In this document: in pieces, positions 30,501 to 37,307 of the stretch
Layout of the letters: each line of letters begins with the position of its first letter
Numbering within the stretch: position 1 is the first letter of the stretch
DNA from: an uncultured Pseudomonadales bacterium
Lineage (GTDB): Bacteria; Patescibacteriota; Microgenomatia; UBA1400; PJMF01
Length of the DNA stretch: 64,000 bases
NCBI GenBank assembly: GCA_964455555.1
Contig: CAYVXV010000001.1
Span: 149,096-213,095 of the forward strand
Reading direction: 5' to 3'
Made by a program: the position numbers and the translations under genes
Notes under the pieces: model-generated
The model's database searches: none
What the model saw: the letters and a program-made list of their open reading frames with translations, nothing else
What the model was told of the DNA's origin: nothing

Positions 30501-30879
30501 CGCAGGTGTTTTTTAGCCAGGAAAGATGTTCTGCAGCTGTGCCGTCAGCGAACTCAGCGGCTCCAATATTATTAATGTTGACACCCACAAACCTGTCGGG
30601 ATATTGCTCGGCTTTTTCTCTGAGAGCTAAACAAATATCAATATTTGTATCTCTGTACCAGGAGAACTGATCTACCGCGATCTGACGGCCGTTTTGGTCA
30701 CCGCCATATTGCCAAACAAGGTATCCAGATGCTCCGGCTTGAAAAAAATCTTCAATTTCTTGGGAAAGGATGGCGGCATTGCTTTCTTGAGCGTTGGCTT
30801 TGGAAAGGTTTGCTGTTATCCCTGCCAGAAGAAAAATTGTTGCCGCTAGTGCCAGTAGTTTAAACGGGAGTATGCGCAC
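27526..30879 (-). CDS. Secreted multidomain glycosidase: GH5-like barrel, long Cys-containing linker region, C-terminal lytic transglycosylase/lysozyme-like domain
   Basis: Signal peptide ending ANA-QE; WGYELANEP (acid/base), SAHYY, GKPFYIGE (nucleophile); C-terminal ICNKESRG..SIGLFQIN..WGNWNAWSA. GTG start. Confidence 0.82.
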   Translation of the reverse strand: MRILPFKLLALAATIFLLAGITANLSKANAQESNAAILSQEIEDFFQAGASGYLVWQYGGDQNGRQIAVDQFSWYRDTNIDICLALREKAEQYPDRFVGVNINNIGAAEFADGTAAEHLSWLKNTCGVSVVRAFAKIEGAAGVQNALNAAQQAGVKMIIAIGDYSNGGGGIPQGAGIEWYESGYQGEYQALVSQVRALGSHPALWGYELANEPHCGGNAAAMPAYKTWGQVIGSQLRGVTSNVGYGQMASQDTTRCDSTGPGDFKNTNSIGAITVTSAHYYTESEKQSAMLALSQSQELGKPFYIGEAPPGGSALSAGGSGVFGYDLSKYPEYLVDPAYYLLHPIRGIHPLSRPDQQSVSTTRGDLAAQGYEAHCAAEPTNIKLNIETEGLINRFLELYEGIRLETESNYTIDSSSGRVPIFRDTEGRRFLTSSLEEYFGFEDYYASSYPEQEVNTAPINSLMAAEQRCIQSVRILTNTQKMCERLGAWDRCAPRAEAIPNTDYIVDTLLDDISDFMPDYYSGGETAGCQRLFGNTSPQYDKLKKGILNTPLYINRSYRLAFMVASIEQRSVADAFSFFSFSQSAQPKHEVLIVAFKIPDILTNKGGGEESGHFFFTDAVSQTRNILVPQKFKLSEDEENPGFDKQSRDRRTIIGQQATGASTQGSGSTIYCLAGDGNTPAELAGLNGAAACKDVLGKSVVDLINGNTPSCDNLGSEPVREIFEAANIIPPSTDDSSRVYREGYGFGTDVFNYIFLGNQNPQRATTVNNPLKTIFDVVRGKWSNAAGQTAKVDFFLVYPVGYELESVTEVMKHTFFNQQQVAKLEERDTKNRFDGSGFQANFGGGSASHTYQEDPTSGNCEENRYLKYYEIIGGEPVPLDPPIEVVEYDCSKNFRIGTTEEGRGGISFLGASLGYWLRNVQRGLNTYYGQAHAYLSSCSTTEEFLLGKCAGGITNEVVGSISGSGAGAGDGSCNIIPTGPCSVETLLPFFEQAGFSNPQAEAEIASRICNKESRGGSDAVNKRCLTSQSVDYSIGLFQINLMAHCPGALADASGRVSGTPGYNAWNLPCQVADQALLNSCETAMLDPLKNIEKMIEIRTRWGNWNAWSAASYCGLVP

Positions 30880-30931
30880 GGGTTCATTATATCAGCAGAA
30901 CGAGCGCCAGGGACTTTTCCTTAATTAGTTC

Positions 30932-31363
30932 CTAATATTGAAAATCAGAAGTGGGAATGCCGAATTGGGTAATAATGCTGACGCCGGTAAACTGAGAAAT
31001 TAGATTTAGGATAATAAAGGCGCTTAGAGATACAACCAAACCGATTACCGCATAGGTCATCATGCCTTTGGCACTTTGCACTTGTTGGGTGCTGCCACCT
31101 CCGGAAAGCATGTAGCGGAAGGCTCCGACAATAAACATCACAAAGCCCGCCAGCCCGATAACGGTAATGATTACCGTGAACACATTGGCAATCAGGCACT
31201 CCAATCCTTGGAGGGTGGCTACATCGCCACTGCCGTATTCTGTATCAGCTACGCAGACACCAGACCAAGATGAAGTTTGGGCAGAAACAGGTGCTGCGCC
31301 GGCGAAGGCCCCAACCAGAACAATTAAAAATAAGATTGCAGAGTGTTTAAGGCTTTTTAGCAT
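30932..31363 (-). CDS. VirB2/TrbC-like pilin 1
   Basis: Signal peptide (VSA-Q), TM-GAFRYMLSGG-x-AKGMMTYAVIGL-TM hairpin. Start moved to MLKSLK (31363). Confidence 0.82.
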   Translation of the reverse strand: MLKSLKHSAILFLIVLVGAFAGAAPVSAQTSSWSGVCVADTEYGSGDVATLQGLECLIANVFTVIITVIGLAGFVMFIVGAFRYMLSGGGSTQQVQSAKGMMTYAVIGLVVSLSAFIILNLISQFTGVSIITQFGIPTSDFQY

Positions 31364-31391
31364 TAATTTAGTATAACAATTTGCGGCAGGA

Positions 31392-31967
31392 TTAGCGATT
31401 ATTAATGTTGGAGCTATTGATAAGCTCTTCCAACGAAGAATAGCCAAGGAAGTTGAGGATGATAATTAGAATAGCATAGCTGGCTGCCAAGATGATTATT
31501 CCCACAACGGCAGCTACGATGGTGCTTTGAGCAGCCTGAGTTTTGCCTTTGTCACCTCCTGAAGTTATCCATCTGAAGGCACCCAAGATTAAGTAGAAAA
31601 AGACGAGTAGGGCGGCAATTACAAAAACGAATTGCAGCAGGCTGTTAAAGAGTTCACTAAAGCTGCGGAAAAAACCTTCCGGCAGGTTGATGTCTACCCG
31701 CTGAGGTGAAACAGGAGCCTCTTCCTCTACAACAATTACTCTGTCGCCCGAATCCGTGACTACCCGAGTGCCGTCCTCCAGAATAATTACTTCTGAATCA
31801 GTCAGTGTAGCTTCATCAATTTCGGTGCTCAAATATAAAACACCGTCTTGGCCGCGGACCAAACGAACTTCGCCATCAGTGGAATCGGCGGATACAGCCT
31901 GGGAAAAGTTGAACGCCATGAAGGAAAATACAATTATTATTAGGATGCGGGATAATAGTTTAATCAT
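31392..31967 (-). CDS. VirB2/TrbC-like pilin 2 with N-terminal beta-rich extension
   Basis: GAFRWITSGGDKGKTQAAQSTIVAAVVGIIIL. Confidence 0.85.
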   Translation of the reverse strand: MIKLLSRILIIIVFSFMAFNFSQAVSADSTDGEVRLVRGQDGVLYLSTEIDEATLTDSEVIILEDGTRVVTDSGDRVIVVEEEAPVSPQRVDINLPEGFFRSFSELFNSLLQFVFVIAALLVFFYLILGAFRWITSGGDKGKTQAAQSTIVAAVVGIIILAASYAILIIILNFLGYSSLEELINSSNINNR

Positions 31968-32008
31968 CTATAACAACTATTATAGCGCAAAATCAGGCAA
32001 AAGTCACT

Positions 32009-32037
32009 AAAAAAGCCCTCGATAAGAGGGCTTTTTT
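32009..32037. terminator. Rho-independent terminator (symmetric) after pilin 3
   Basis: AAAAAAGCCCTC-gataa-GAGGGCTTTTTT, about 22 nt after the stop of 32060..32452. Confidence 0.88.
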
Positions 32038-32059
32038 ATTATTCAAATGATTTCCCGGT

Positions 32060-32452
32060 TTAAACGCTTTGCAGTAAGCCTTCGAGGCCCTGTTCATAGC
32101 CGAGGAAGTTAAGGACGATCTGTAGAATAGCCCAAGCTGCTGCTAGGACGATGATGCCGACTACAGCGTTGGTGATCATGTTTCTGGCGTTTTCTGTTTT
32201 GCCTTTGTCACCTCCTGAGGTAATCCAAGTGATGGCACCTAGGATCAAGTAGAAGAAGACGAGTAGGGCTGCGATTACAAAAACAAAATTTAGGATGCCA
32301 TTGATTAGGTCACCGATGTTGCCGAAGAAACCGGTTGGAACATCAATGTCGATGTCTCCCTGGGACTGGGCAAATGCGGGTGTAATTGTTGCAACCATTG
32401 CCGAAGCGGTCACGGAAGCGTAGGCGGCATATTGTTTGAGGGATTTTATCAT
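32060..32452 (-). CDS. VirB2/TrbC-like pilin 3 (probable major pilin)
   Basis: Leader ending PAFA-Q; GAITWITSGGDKGKTENARNMITNAVVGIIVL; strong SD AGGAAAGGAG; own promoters and terminator. Confidence 0.88.
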   Translation of the reverse strand: MIKSLKQYAAYASVTASAMVATITPAFAQSQGDIDIDVPTGFFGNIGDLINGILNFVFVIAALLVFFYLILGAITWITSGGDKGKTENARNMITNAVVGIIVLAAAWAILQIVLNFLGYEQGLEGLLQSV

Positions 32453-32493
32453 ATACTCCTTTTCCTAAATTTTTAGATACACATAGCTAAAAA

Positions 32494-32577
32494 ATTATAC
32501 TCATACTTCGAGTGTTGCGTCAAGTTTCGAAAATATCTTATAGTTAACATTATAACTTGGTCAAAATAGGCCGTCAA
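32494..32577 (-). promoter_or_regulatory. Tandem sigma70 promoters of pilin 3
   Basis: Minus strand: TTGACG (32572-32577)-17 nt-TATAAT (32549-32554) and TTGACG (32518-32523)-18 nt-TATAAT (32494-32499). Confidence 0.8.
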
Positions 32578-32608
32578 GTTGCTTGGCCTGGATGTTCTAA
32601 ATTACCAG

Positions 32609-33082
32609 TTAATCAGAGATGGTAATTCCCTCAAGGTTGAGGAAGTTAAAGAGAAGCTGCAGTATGGCGAGGACTGCTGCCAGGACAATAATGCCAATAA
32701 CAGCATTGAGCATTCTGGTACGAGCTTTTTCGAGCTTGCCACTGTCGCCTCCGGCAGTTATCCAGCCAAGTGCTCCCAAAACCAAGTTTAGAAGTACCAG
32801 AAAGGCTGCGATGGCCAGGATAATTTGCAGAATTCTGCTGATGAGCGATCCGAATTCACTACCGGGGTCGTCTTCATCTACACTGACTATTTGAGGCAGT
32901 TCGCTGGCGCCTTCATTGAGAATATCTAATCGAGGTGCGTTTTGAGTGCTACTTCCTCCGCCGCCTCCACCGCCGCCAGCGCCGGCGTCATCGGCTGCCA
33001 TGATGCTTGGGGGTGAAATAAGTAGTAGTCCGGCCAAAAGAAAGGGCAGTGATTTTTTGAGAAGGTTTTTTAATGATGGCAT
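32609..33082 (-). CDS. VirB2/TrbC-like pilin 4
   Basis: GALGWITAGGDSGKLEKARTRMLNAVIGIIVL; start moved to MPSLKN (33082) to avoid overlap with pilin 5; poly-Gly linker. Confidence 0.85.
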   Translation of the reverse strand: MPSLKNLLKKSLPFLLAGLLLISPPSIMAADDAGAGGGGGGGGSSTQNAPRLDILNEGASELPQIVSVDEDDPGSEFGSLISRILQIILAIAAFLVLLNLVLGALGWITAGGDSGKLEKARTRMLNAVIGIIVLAAVLAILQLLFNFLNLEGITISD

Positions 33083-33086
33083 TAGC

Positions 33087-33515
33087 CTAATCTCCTGTAT
33101 TTGCAAATGGCAGTATTGGTGAAAGGATGCTGAATTCATCTCCGAAGAACAACCGGCTGATAAAGGCAATAATGGTAAATGAAGCAACTAGGATAATGAT
33201 GCCTATAATTGCATTAGTGAGGCGGCGCTGGGCTGCCTGCACTTTGCTGGCGTCATCTCCAGAGGTAATCCACTGCACGGCTCCCATGATAAACATCACT
33301 ATTACTACAATGGCACCGATCGTAATAGCGGCATTCCAGACAAGAACGAAGTATGAAACAAATAGCTCGCCAGAACGGGCTTCTTCCAGGCTTTCCTTGC
33401 TGCCAAGTTTTCCGGTCACAGGGTTTTCAATTTGAGCAAAGGCTGTAGATGCCTGAAAAAGTAAGGCAGAAATTGCTGTTAAAATTGAAGAAACTGCCGG
33501 CTTTAGTTTGTTCAT
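33087..33515 (-). CDS. VirB2/TrbC-like pilin 5
   Basis: AFA-Q leader; GAVQWITSGDDASKVQAAQRRLTNAIIGIIIL. Confidence 0.85.
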   Translation of the reverse strand: MNKLKPAVSSILTAISALLFQASTAFAQIENPVTGKLGSKESLEEARSGELFVSYFVLVWNAAITIGAIVVIVMFIMGAVQWITSGDDASKVQAAQRRLTNAIIGIIILVASFTIIAFISRLFFGDEFSILSPILPFANTGD

Positions 33516-33520
33516 GGGCT

Positions 33521-33898
33521 TTACTGTGCTCCCGGAATAATTTGTAAGAGCATCCTGCCTGGTTCGAGTAGGTTCAGGCCGACAATGCTGCCAATTAGGC
33601 CGATGATGGCATAGGCGGCAACCAAGATAATCAGGCCGATAACTGCATGAAGAATTTTTTGCTGGGCACTGGCAACTTTACTGGCGTCCCCGCCGGCGCC
33701 GATAATTTGGAAAACGGCTGTCAAGAAGTAAAAGATAAAAAATAGGCTGGCCAGGATTGTCAAGAAACCAATGACATTTGAGATAATCAACTCTAGATTA
33801 GAGAGCGCTCCTTCCTGGGTAGCGGAATCTTCACTAAAAGCAGGGCTGACAGGCTGAAATTCGCCAAGAGATTTGGCAATCATAACGGGTAGTGACAT
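33521..33898 (-). CDS. VirB2/TrbC-like pilin 6
   Basis: ISNVIGFLTILA..IGAGGDASKVASAQQKILHAVIGLIIL. Confidence 0.82.
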   Translation of the reverse strand: MSLPVMIAKSLGEFQPVSPAFSEDSATQEGALSNLELIISNVIGFLTILASLFFIFYFLTAVFQIIGAGGDASKVASAQQKILHAVIGLIILVAAYAIIGLIGSIVGLNLLEPGRMLLQIIPGAQ

Positions 33899-33968
33899 AG
33901 CCTAAGTATTTTAACCTTTTTTTAATTACTACTCTAGTAGTGTGTCATTTATACCGGGCAAACTCCGT

Positions 33969-34502
33969 TTATTGCTCTAATGCCCCTTTTATTGTTGGCT
34001 CAAGTATAAAAGTTGCATCTCCAAAAAAGATTAAACCAACAATAGCGGCTATTGTATATGCAGAAACAATAACGAGCAGGCCGATTACACTAAAAGTAAG
34101 TTTTTCGCGGACTTGGGTGTTGGCTTGAGTATTTCCCATGCTGGTAATGTAGATGAAGCCGGCAGCCACGAAGTTGAGCATGGCTAGAATACCGCCAACA
34201 ATGGCAACAAGCCTAATAATGATGCTCAGGAAAGCGATAATACCGACACCATCACCAAACCTGGTTCTGATGGCAGCAGGAGGAACGACCGCCCCCACAA
34301 CTTTTGAACCAACGTTGGAGCCACAGGGCATACCTGAATCAGCCACAATCACGTTGCAGCTCGCATCAAGACACCTACAGGTTGAGCCGTTGTCGCACTG
34401 GCCCTCATACTCGCAGACAGCATTGGCCTTTTCCGGAGCAACCGCCATGGATGCTCCAACCAAGAAAACTAAGACAATGAGTGCTGCGGCTATTTTTTTC
34501 AT
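33969..34502 (-). CDS. VirB2/TrbC-like pilin 7 with Cys-rich N-terminal module
   Basis: Six Cys after the signal peptide; AGFIYITSMGN..QVREKLTFSVIGLLVI. Confidence 0.82.
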   Translation of the reverse strand: MKKIAAALIVLVFLVGASMAVAPEKANAVCEYEGQCDNGSTCRCLDASCNVIVADSGMPCGSNVGSKVVGAVVPPAAIRTRFGDGVGIIAFLSIIIRLVAIVGGILAMLNFVAAGFIYITSMGNTQANTQVREKLTFSVIGLLVIVSAYTIAAIVGLIFFGDATFILEPTIKGALEQ

Positions 34503-34516
34503 GTTTTTGTTTCTTT

Positions 34517-35023
34517 TTATATGGTCGGGTTTAAGATGTAGCTGGCATCACCAAAGAAAACTAGGCCGATGATTCCTCCTAATGTGTAGAACGAAACAAT
34601 TAAAATTAGGCCAACCAAGCTTGATGTCAGCAGATTTCTAACCTTGGTATGGGTGCCGGGATCTCCTGAGCCAGTAATGTAGAAGAAGGCGGCCAATAGT
34701 ACATTAATCACAACCCAAATACCCCCGATTACGGTGGCAATCCCAATCAGCCTTGAGATAAAGAAAATTATTGCTGTTTCGCCTTCTGAGACTCCGGCAG
34801 CTTGGTTATAAACATCTGTGCCCGGAGGAGATTCTATTTGCCCGATACCAAATTCACAGCCCGCATCATTTCGGTCGCAGACATCAGATTGTTCCGGAAT
34901 AACTGTTGGTGCCGGCGATTGAGCAGCGGCCAGGGCAGCCATGTTCAGAAATATGGCAAATACCAGGGTGTAAAATACTATTTTTGTCAGAATCAGGCGG
35001 TTGTTCTTTATAAAAGTCAGCAT
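34517..35023 (-). CDS. VirB2/TrbC-like pilin 8
   Basis: AAFFYITGSGDPG..KVRNLLTSSLVGLILI; shares its C-terminus (GLxFFGDAxxILxPTI) with pilin 7. Confidence 0.82.
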   Translation of the reverse strand: MLTFIKNNRLILTKIVFYTLVFAIFLNMAALAAAQSPAPTVIPEQSDVCDRNDAGCEFGIGQIESPPGTDVYNQAAGVSEGETAIIFFISRLIGIATVIGGIWVVINVLLAAFFYITGSGDPGTHTKVRNLLTSSLVGLILIVSFYTLGGIIGLVFFGDASYILNPTI

Positions 35024-35025
35024 TT

Positions 35026-35397
35026 TTAGATTGGAATATTTACTCCGGTAATCATTTTTACAATCTGAACAACCCAGTAGGCAGTGAACATAATGATAAA
35101 ACCGATAACCGCTGTGGTAATAATGCTTTTAGCATCTTCCGCACCTTTTTTTCCTCCTGAAATGAATTTAAAACCGGCAAATACGATTAAAAAAAACAGG
35201 ATAATGCCTGCAAGTACAAAAAGGTTGCGGACAATTAGGTTTACAAGAAAAGCTGGATCGGAATAAAGTTGGCTGATTGGGGTATCGTCGTTGAGTCGCA
35301 GGCAGTCTCCTAGAGAAATTCCTGCACCATCAACTCCTCCGCTGCCGGGATCACAGTCAGTCTGAGCGTACGCAGTAGGCACAAGCTTGCTTAGCAT
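35026..35397 (-). CDS. VirB2/TrbC-like pilin 9
   Basis: PTAYAQ leader; AGFKFISGGKKGAEDAKSIITTAVIGFIIMFTAYW. Confidence 0.85.
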   Translation of the reverse strand: MLSKLVPTAYAQTDCDPGSGGVDGAGISLGDCLRLNDDTPISQLYSDPAFLVNLIVRNLFVLAGIILFFLIVFAGFKFISGGKKGAEDAKSIITTAVIGFIIMFTAYWVVQIVKMITGVNIPI

Positions 35398-35469
35398 CTC
35401 AAGTAATATCTTACAGCAACCCGGTGAAAAATGCCAACAATGGGCTTGTTAAGGTATACTATCACTGTT

Positions 35470-36012
35470 ATGAAAAAGCAGACCTCGGATGAAGCCTTAT
35501 TGGAGCAGCTCAGAAAAGGTGAGCCTAGGGCAGTAAATGAGTGGTTCAACCTGTATCATGACCGCCTGCTTGCCTCGGTTATCTTAAGAGTAACCAGTAT
35601 TAAAGATGCTGAAGAAATTGTTCAAGAAACTTTTTTAAACTGTTTAAAGCATTTGCCGCTCTTCCGCGGTGACGCCAGTATATGGACCTGGATGAATACA
35701 ATTGCCAGGCATGAAATAGCTGATTATTTCCGGAAAAAATATGCCCGCAAGGCCATCCAAACCCTTCCATTGCACGAGTGGCTGCTGGCTAAAAATGTCC
35801 ATGATTCTCATGAGGTTGCCGAGCAGGTTTACTTTATTTTAGACAAAATGCGCAAGTCATACCGAGACCTATTGCTGCTTAAGTATGTCGAAGGCAAAAA
35901 AGTGTCGGCAATAGCAGAGGAGCTAGACCGGAGCATTAAATCTATAGAATCTGATTTGTTTAGGGCCAGGGAGGAATTCCGGGTGCTCTGGGCGGCAGAG
36001 TATGGCGTATAA
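35470..36012 (+). CDS. ECF RNA polymerase sigma factor
   Basis: DAEEIVQETF, FRGDASIWTWMNTIARH, region 4 LLLKYVEG..IAEEL..SIKSIESDLFRAR; start at MKKQ, with TATACT upstream. Confidence 0.92.
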   Translation: MKKQTSDEALLEQLRKGEPRAVNEWFNLYHDRLLASVILRVTSIKDAEEIVQETFLNCLKHLPLFRGDASIWTWMNTIARHEIADYFRKKYARKAIQTLPLHEWLLAKNVHDSHEVAEQVYFILDKMRKSYRDLLLLKYVEGKKVSAIAEELDRSIKSIESDLFRAREEFRVLWAAEYGV

Positions 36013-36049
36013 TTTGCCAGATAGTTTGCCGGCCGGCTATGGCTAACTT

Positions 36050-36244
36050 ATGAGCAACAGCGAACAAACCCAACAATTTTTAGAGCGGCTTCAAAAGGAA
36101 GCTGCTTTGCAATCTAGGCTTCACAGAGAGAGGTTGTTGCCGCAGCGATTGGACAGCCTAACTTCTCTGGTGGGCAATTACCCCTGGCAAGTGATTTTAT
36201 TATTGTCCGGCGTATCAGCATTTCTTCTGGAGATGATGAGATAA
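36050..36244 (+). CDS. Small membrane protein (possible anti-sigma)
   Basis: 64 aa, C-terminal hydrophobic helix, directly downstream of the ECF sigma. Confidence 0.55.
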   Translation: MSNSEQTQQFLERLQKEAALQSRLHRERLLPQRLDSLTSLVGNYPWQVILLLSGVSAFLLEMMR

Positions 36245-36246
36245 CA

Positions 36247-36591
36247 ATGCACATTGGTCAACTAATTATTTCAGCTGTTTACTCGCTCTCGCAAATAACC
36301 GGGGGTTTGTTGCTGCATCCTTACCAAACTATGCAGTCTCTAGTTAGGGACAAGGTCTTTGTTTGGATGACCTTGCTGCCAACAGGGGTTCTGGCACTTT
36401 TGACTTTGGCGTGGAAGTTGGCGGTGGTGCCGCTGGTCAGCCTTTTTTTTTCCTGCAACACAACCGGATTTATCGGCTGCCAGTGGCTAACCTTTATTTC
36501 CAACTGGATTACTTTCTTTTGCATTTATTGGCAGGTCCTGTTGTTTTATTTATTAATCCGCTTCTCCAAAATTTATTCATTTAACAATTAG
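36247..36591 (+). CDS. Hypothetical membrane protein
   Basis: 114 aa, 2-3 hydrophobic helices, starts 2 nt after the previous stop. Confidence 0.6.
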   Translation: MHIGQLIISAVYSLSQITGGLLLHPYQTMQSLVRDKVFVWMTLLPTGVLALLTLAWKLAVVPLVSLFFSCNTTGFIGCQWLTFISNWITFFCIYWQVLLFYLLIRFSKIYSFNN

Positions 36592-36605
36592 TTCAGGATG
36601 TTTAT

Positions 36606-37238
36606 ATGGTTTCTGATGAAGTTGTTTTGGTAAGAAGTTCCGATGAGGTGCAGGGTGTTATGGATAAGCATCAAGCACATCGCCACCCAGCCCAGCTGCA
36701 CCGGGCCTCATCCGTGTGGTTGATTAATGATGCAGGTGAAATATTGCTTCAAAAACGTTCGGATAAAAAAATAGTCGGTGCTGGCTGGTGGGCCAACACT
36801 GTTTGCGGCAATCTAGTTGATGGAGAAAGCTATGAGCAGGGAGCTTTAAGGCGCTTGAAAGAAGAGCTTGGAATCGAAAATGTTCAACTGGAAGAATTGT
36901 ACAAGTTTTCCTATCGCGCATACTGCAATGGCGAATATGGTGAGCACGAGATTGACACTGTTTTTCTAGCCAGAGGCACTGCGGATTTTTATAAAAATGA
37001 AATAAAGCCAAATGCTGACGAGGTAGCTGAGATTGCCTGGGTGCAGGCCGAGGATTTAGCCCGCCAGCTAAAAGATGTGCCTTATGTTTTGCCGGCAGCA
37101 ACTCTAGAATTGAGTCTGGTTCAGTTGGCGGAACAAACTCCACCTATGAATGTTAAAATTGGCGGCAGGGCAGTTGGCCTGGCCCCATGGACGGTGATGA
37201 TGCTTCAAGATTCTCGGCTGCTTAATTCTTTATCTTAG
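36606..37238 (+). CDS. idi: Isopentenyl-diphosphate delta-isomerase, type 1 (NUDIX fold)
   Basis: K..AH..LHRASSVWL, LLQKRS, WANTVCG, RRLKEELGI, FSYRA, EHEID, NADEV; heads the mevalonate operon. Confidence 0.88.
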   Translation: MVSDEVVLVRSSDEVQGVMDKHQAHRHPAQLHRASSVWLINDAGEILLQKRSDKKIVGAGWWANTVCGNLVDGESYEQGALRRLKEELGIENVQLEELYKFSYRAYCNGEYGEHEIDTVFLARGTADFYKNEIKPNADEVAEIAWVQAEDLARQLKDVPYVLPAATLELSLVQLAEQTPPMNVKIGGRAVGLAPWTVMMLQDSRLLNSLS

Positions 37239-37307
37239 AAAATAGTTAGTTTGCATGATTTTAGCCGTTTTTGCGACTAATATACTGCTTTAGTATCGGA
37301 CAAACCT

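Noticed and set aside
32955-32990. (CCG/CCT)n repeat as a contingency locus
   Set aside because: Imperfect in-frame triplets encoding a poly-Gly linker; slippage would not switch phase.
36443-36451. T9 homopolymer as a phase-variation site
   Set aside because: The ORF is intact and A/T runs are common in this sequence; no independent support.
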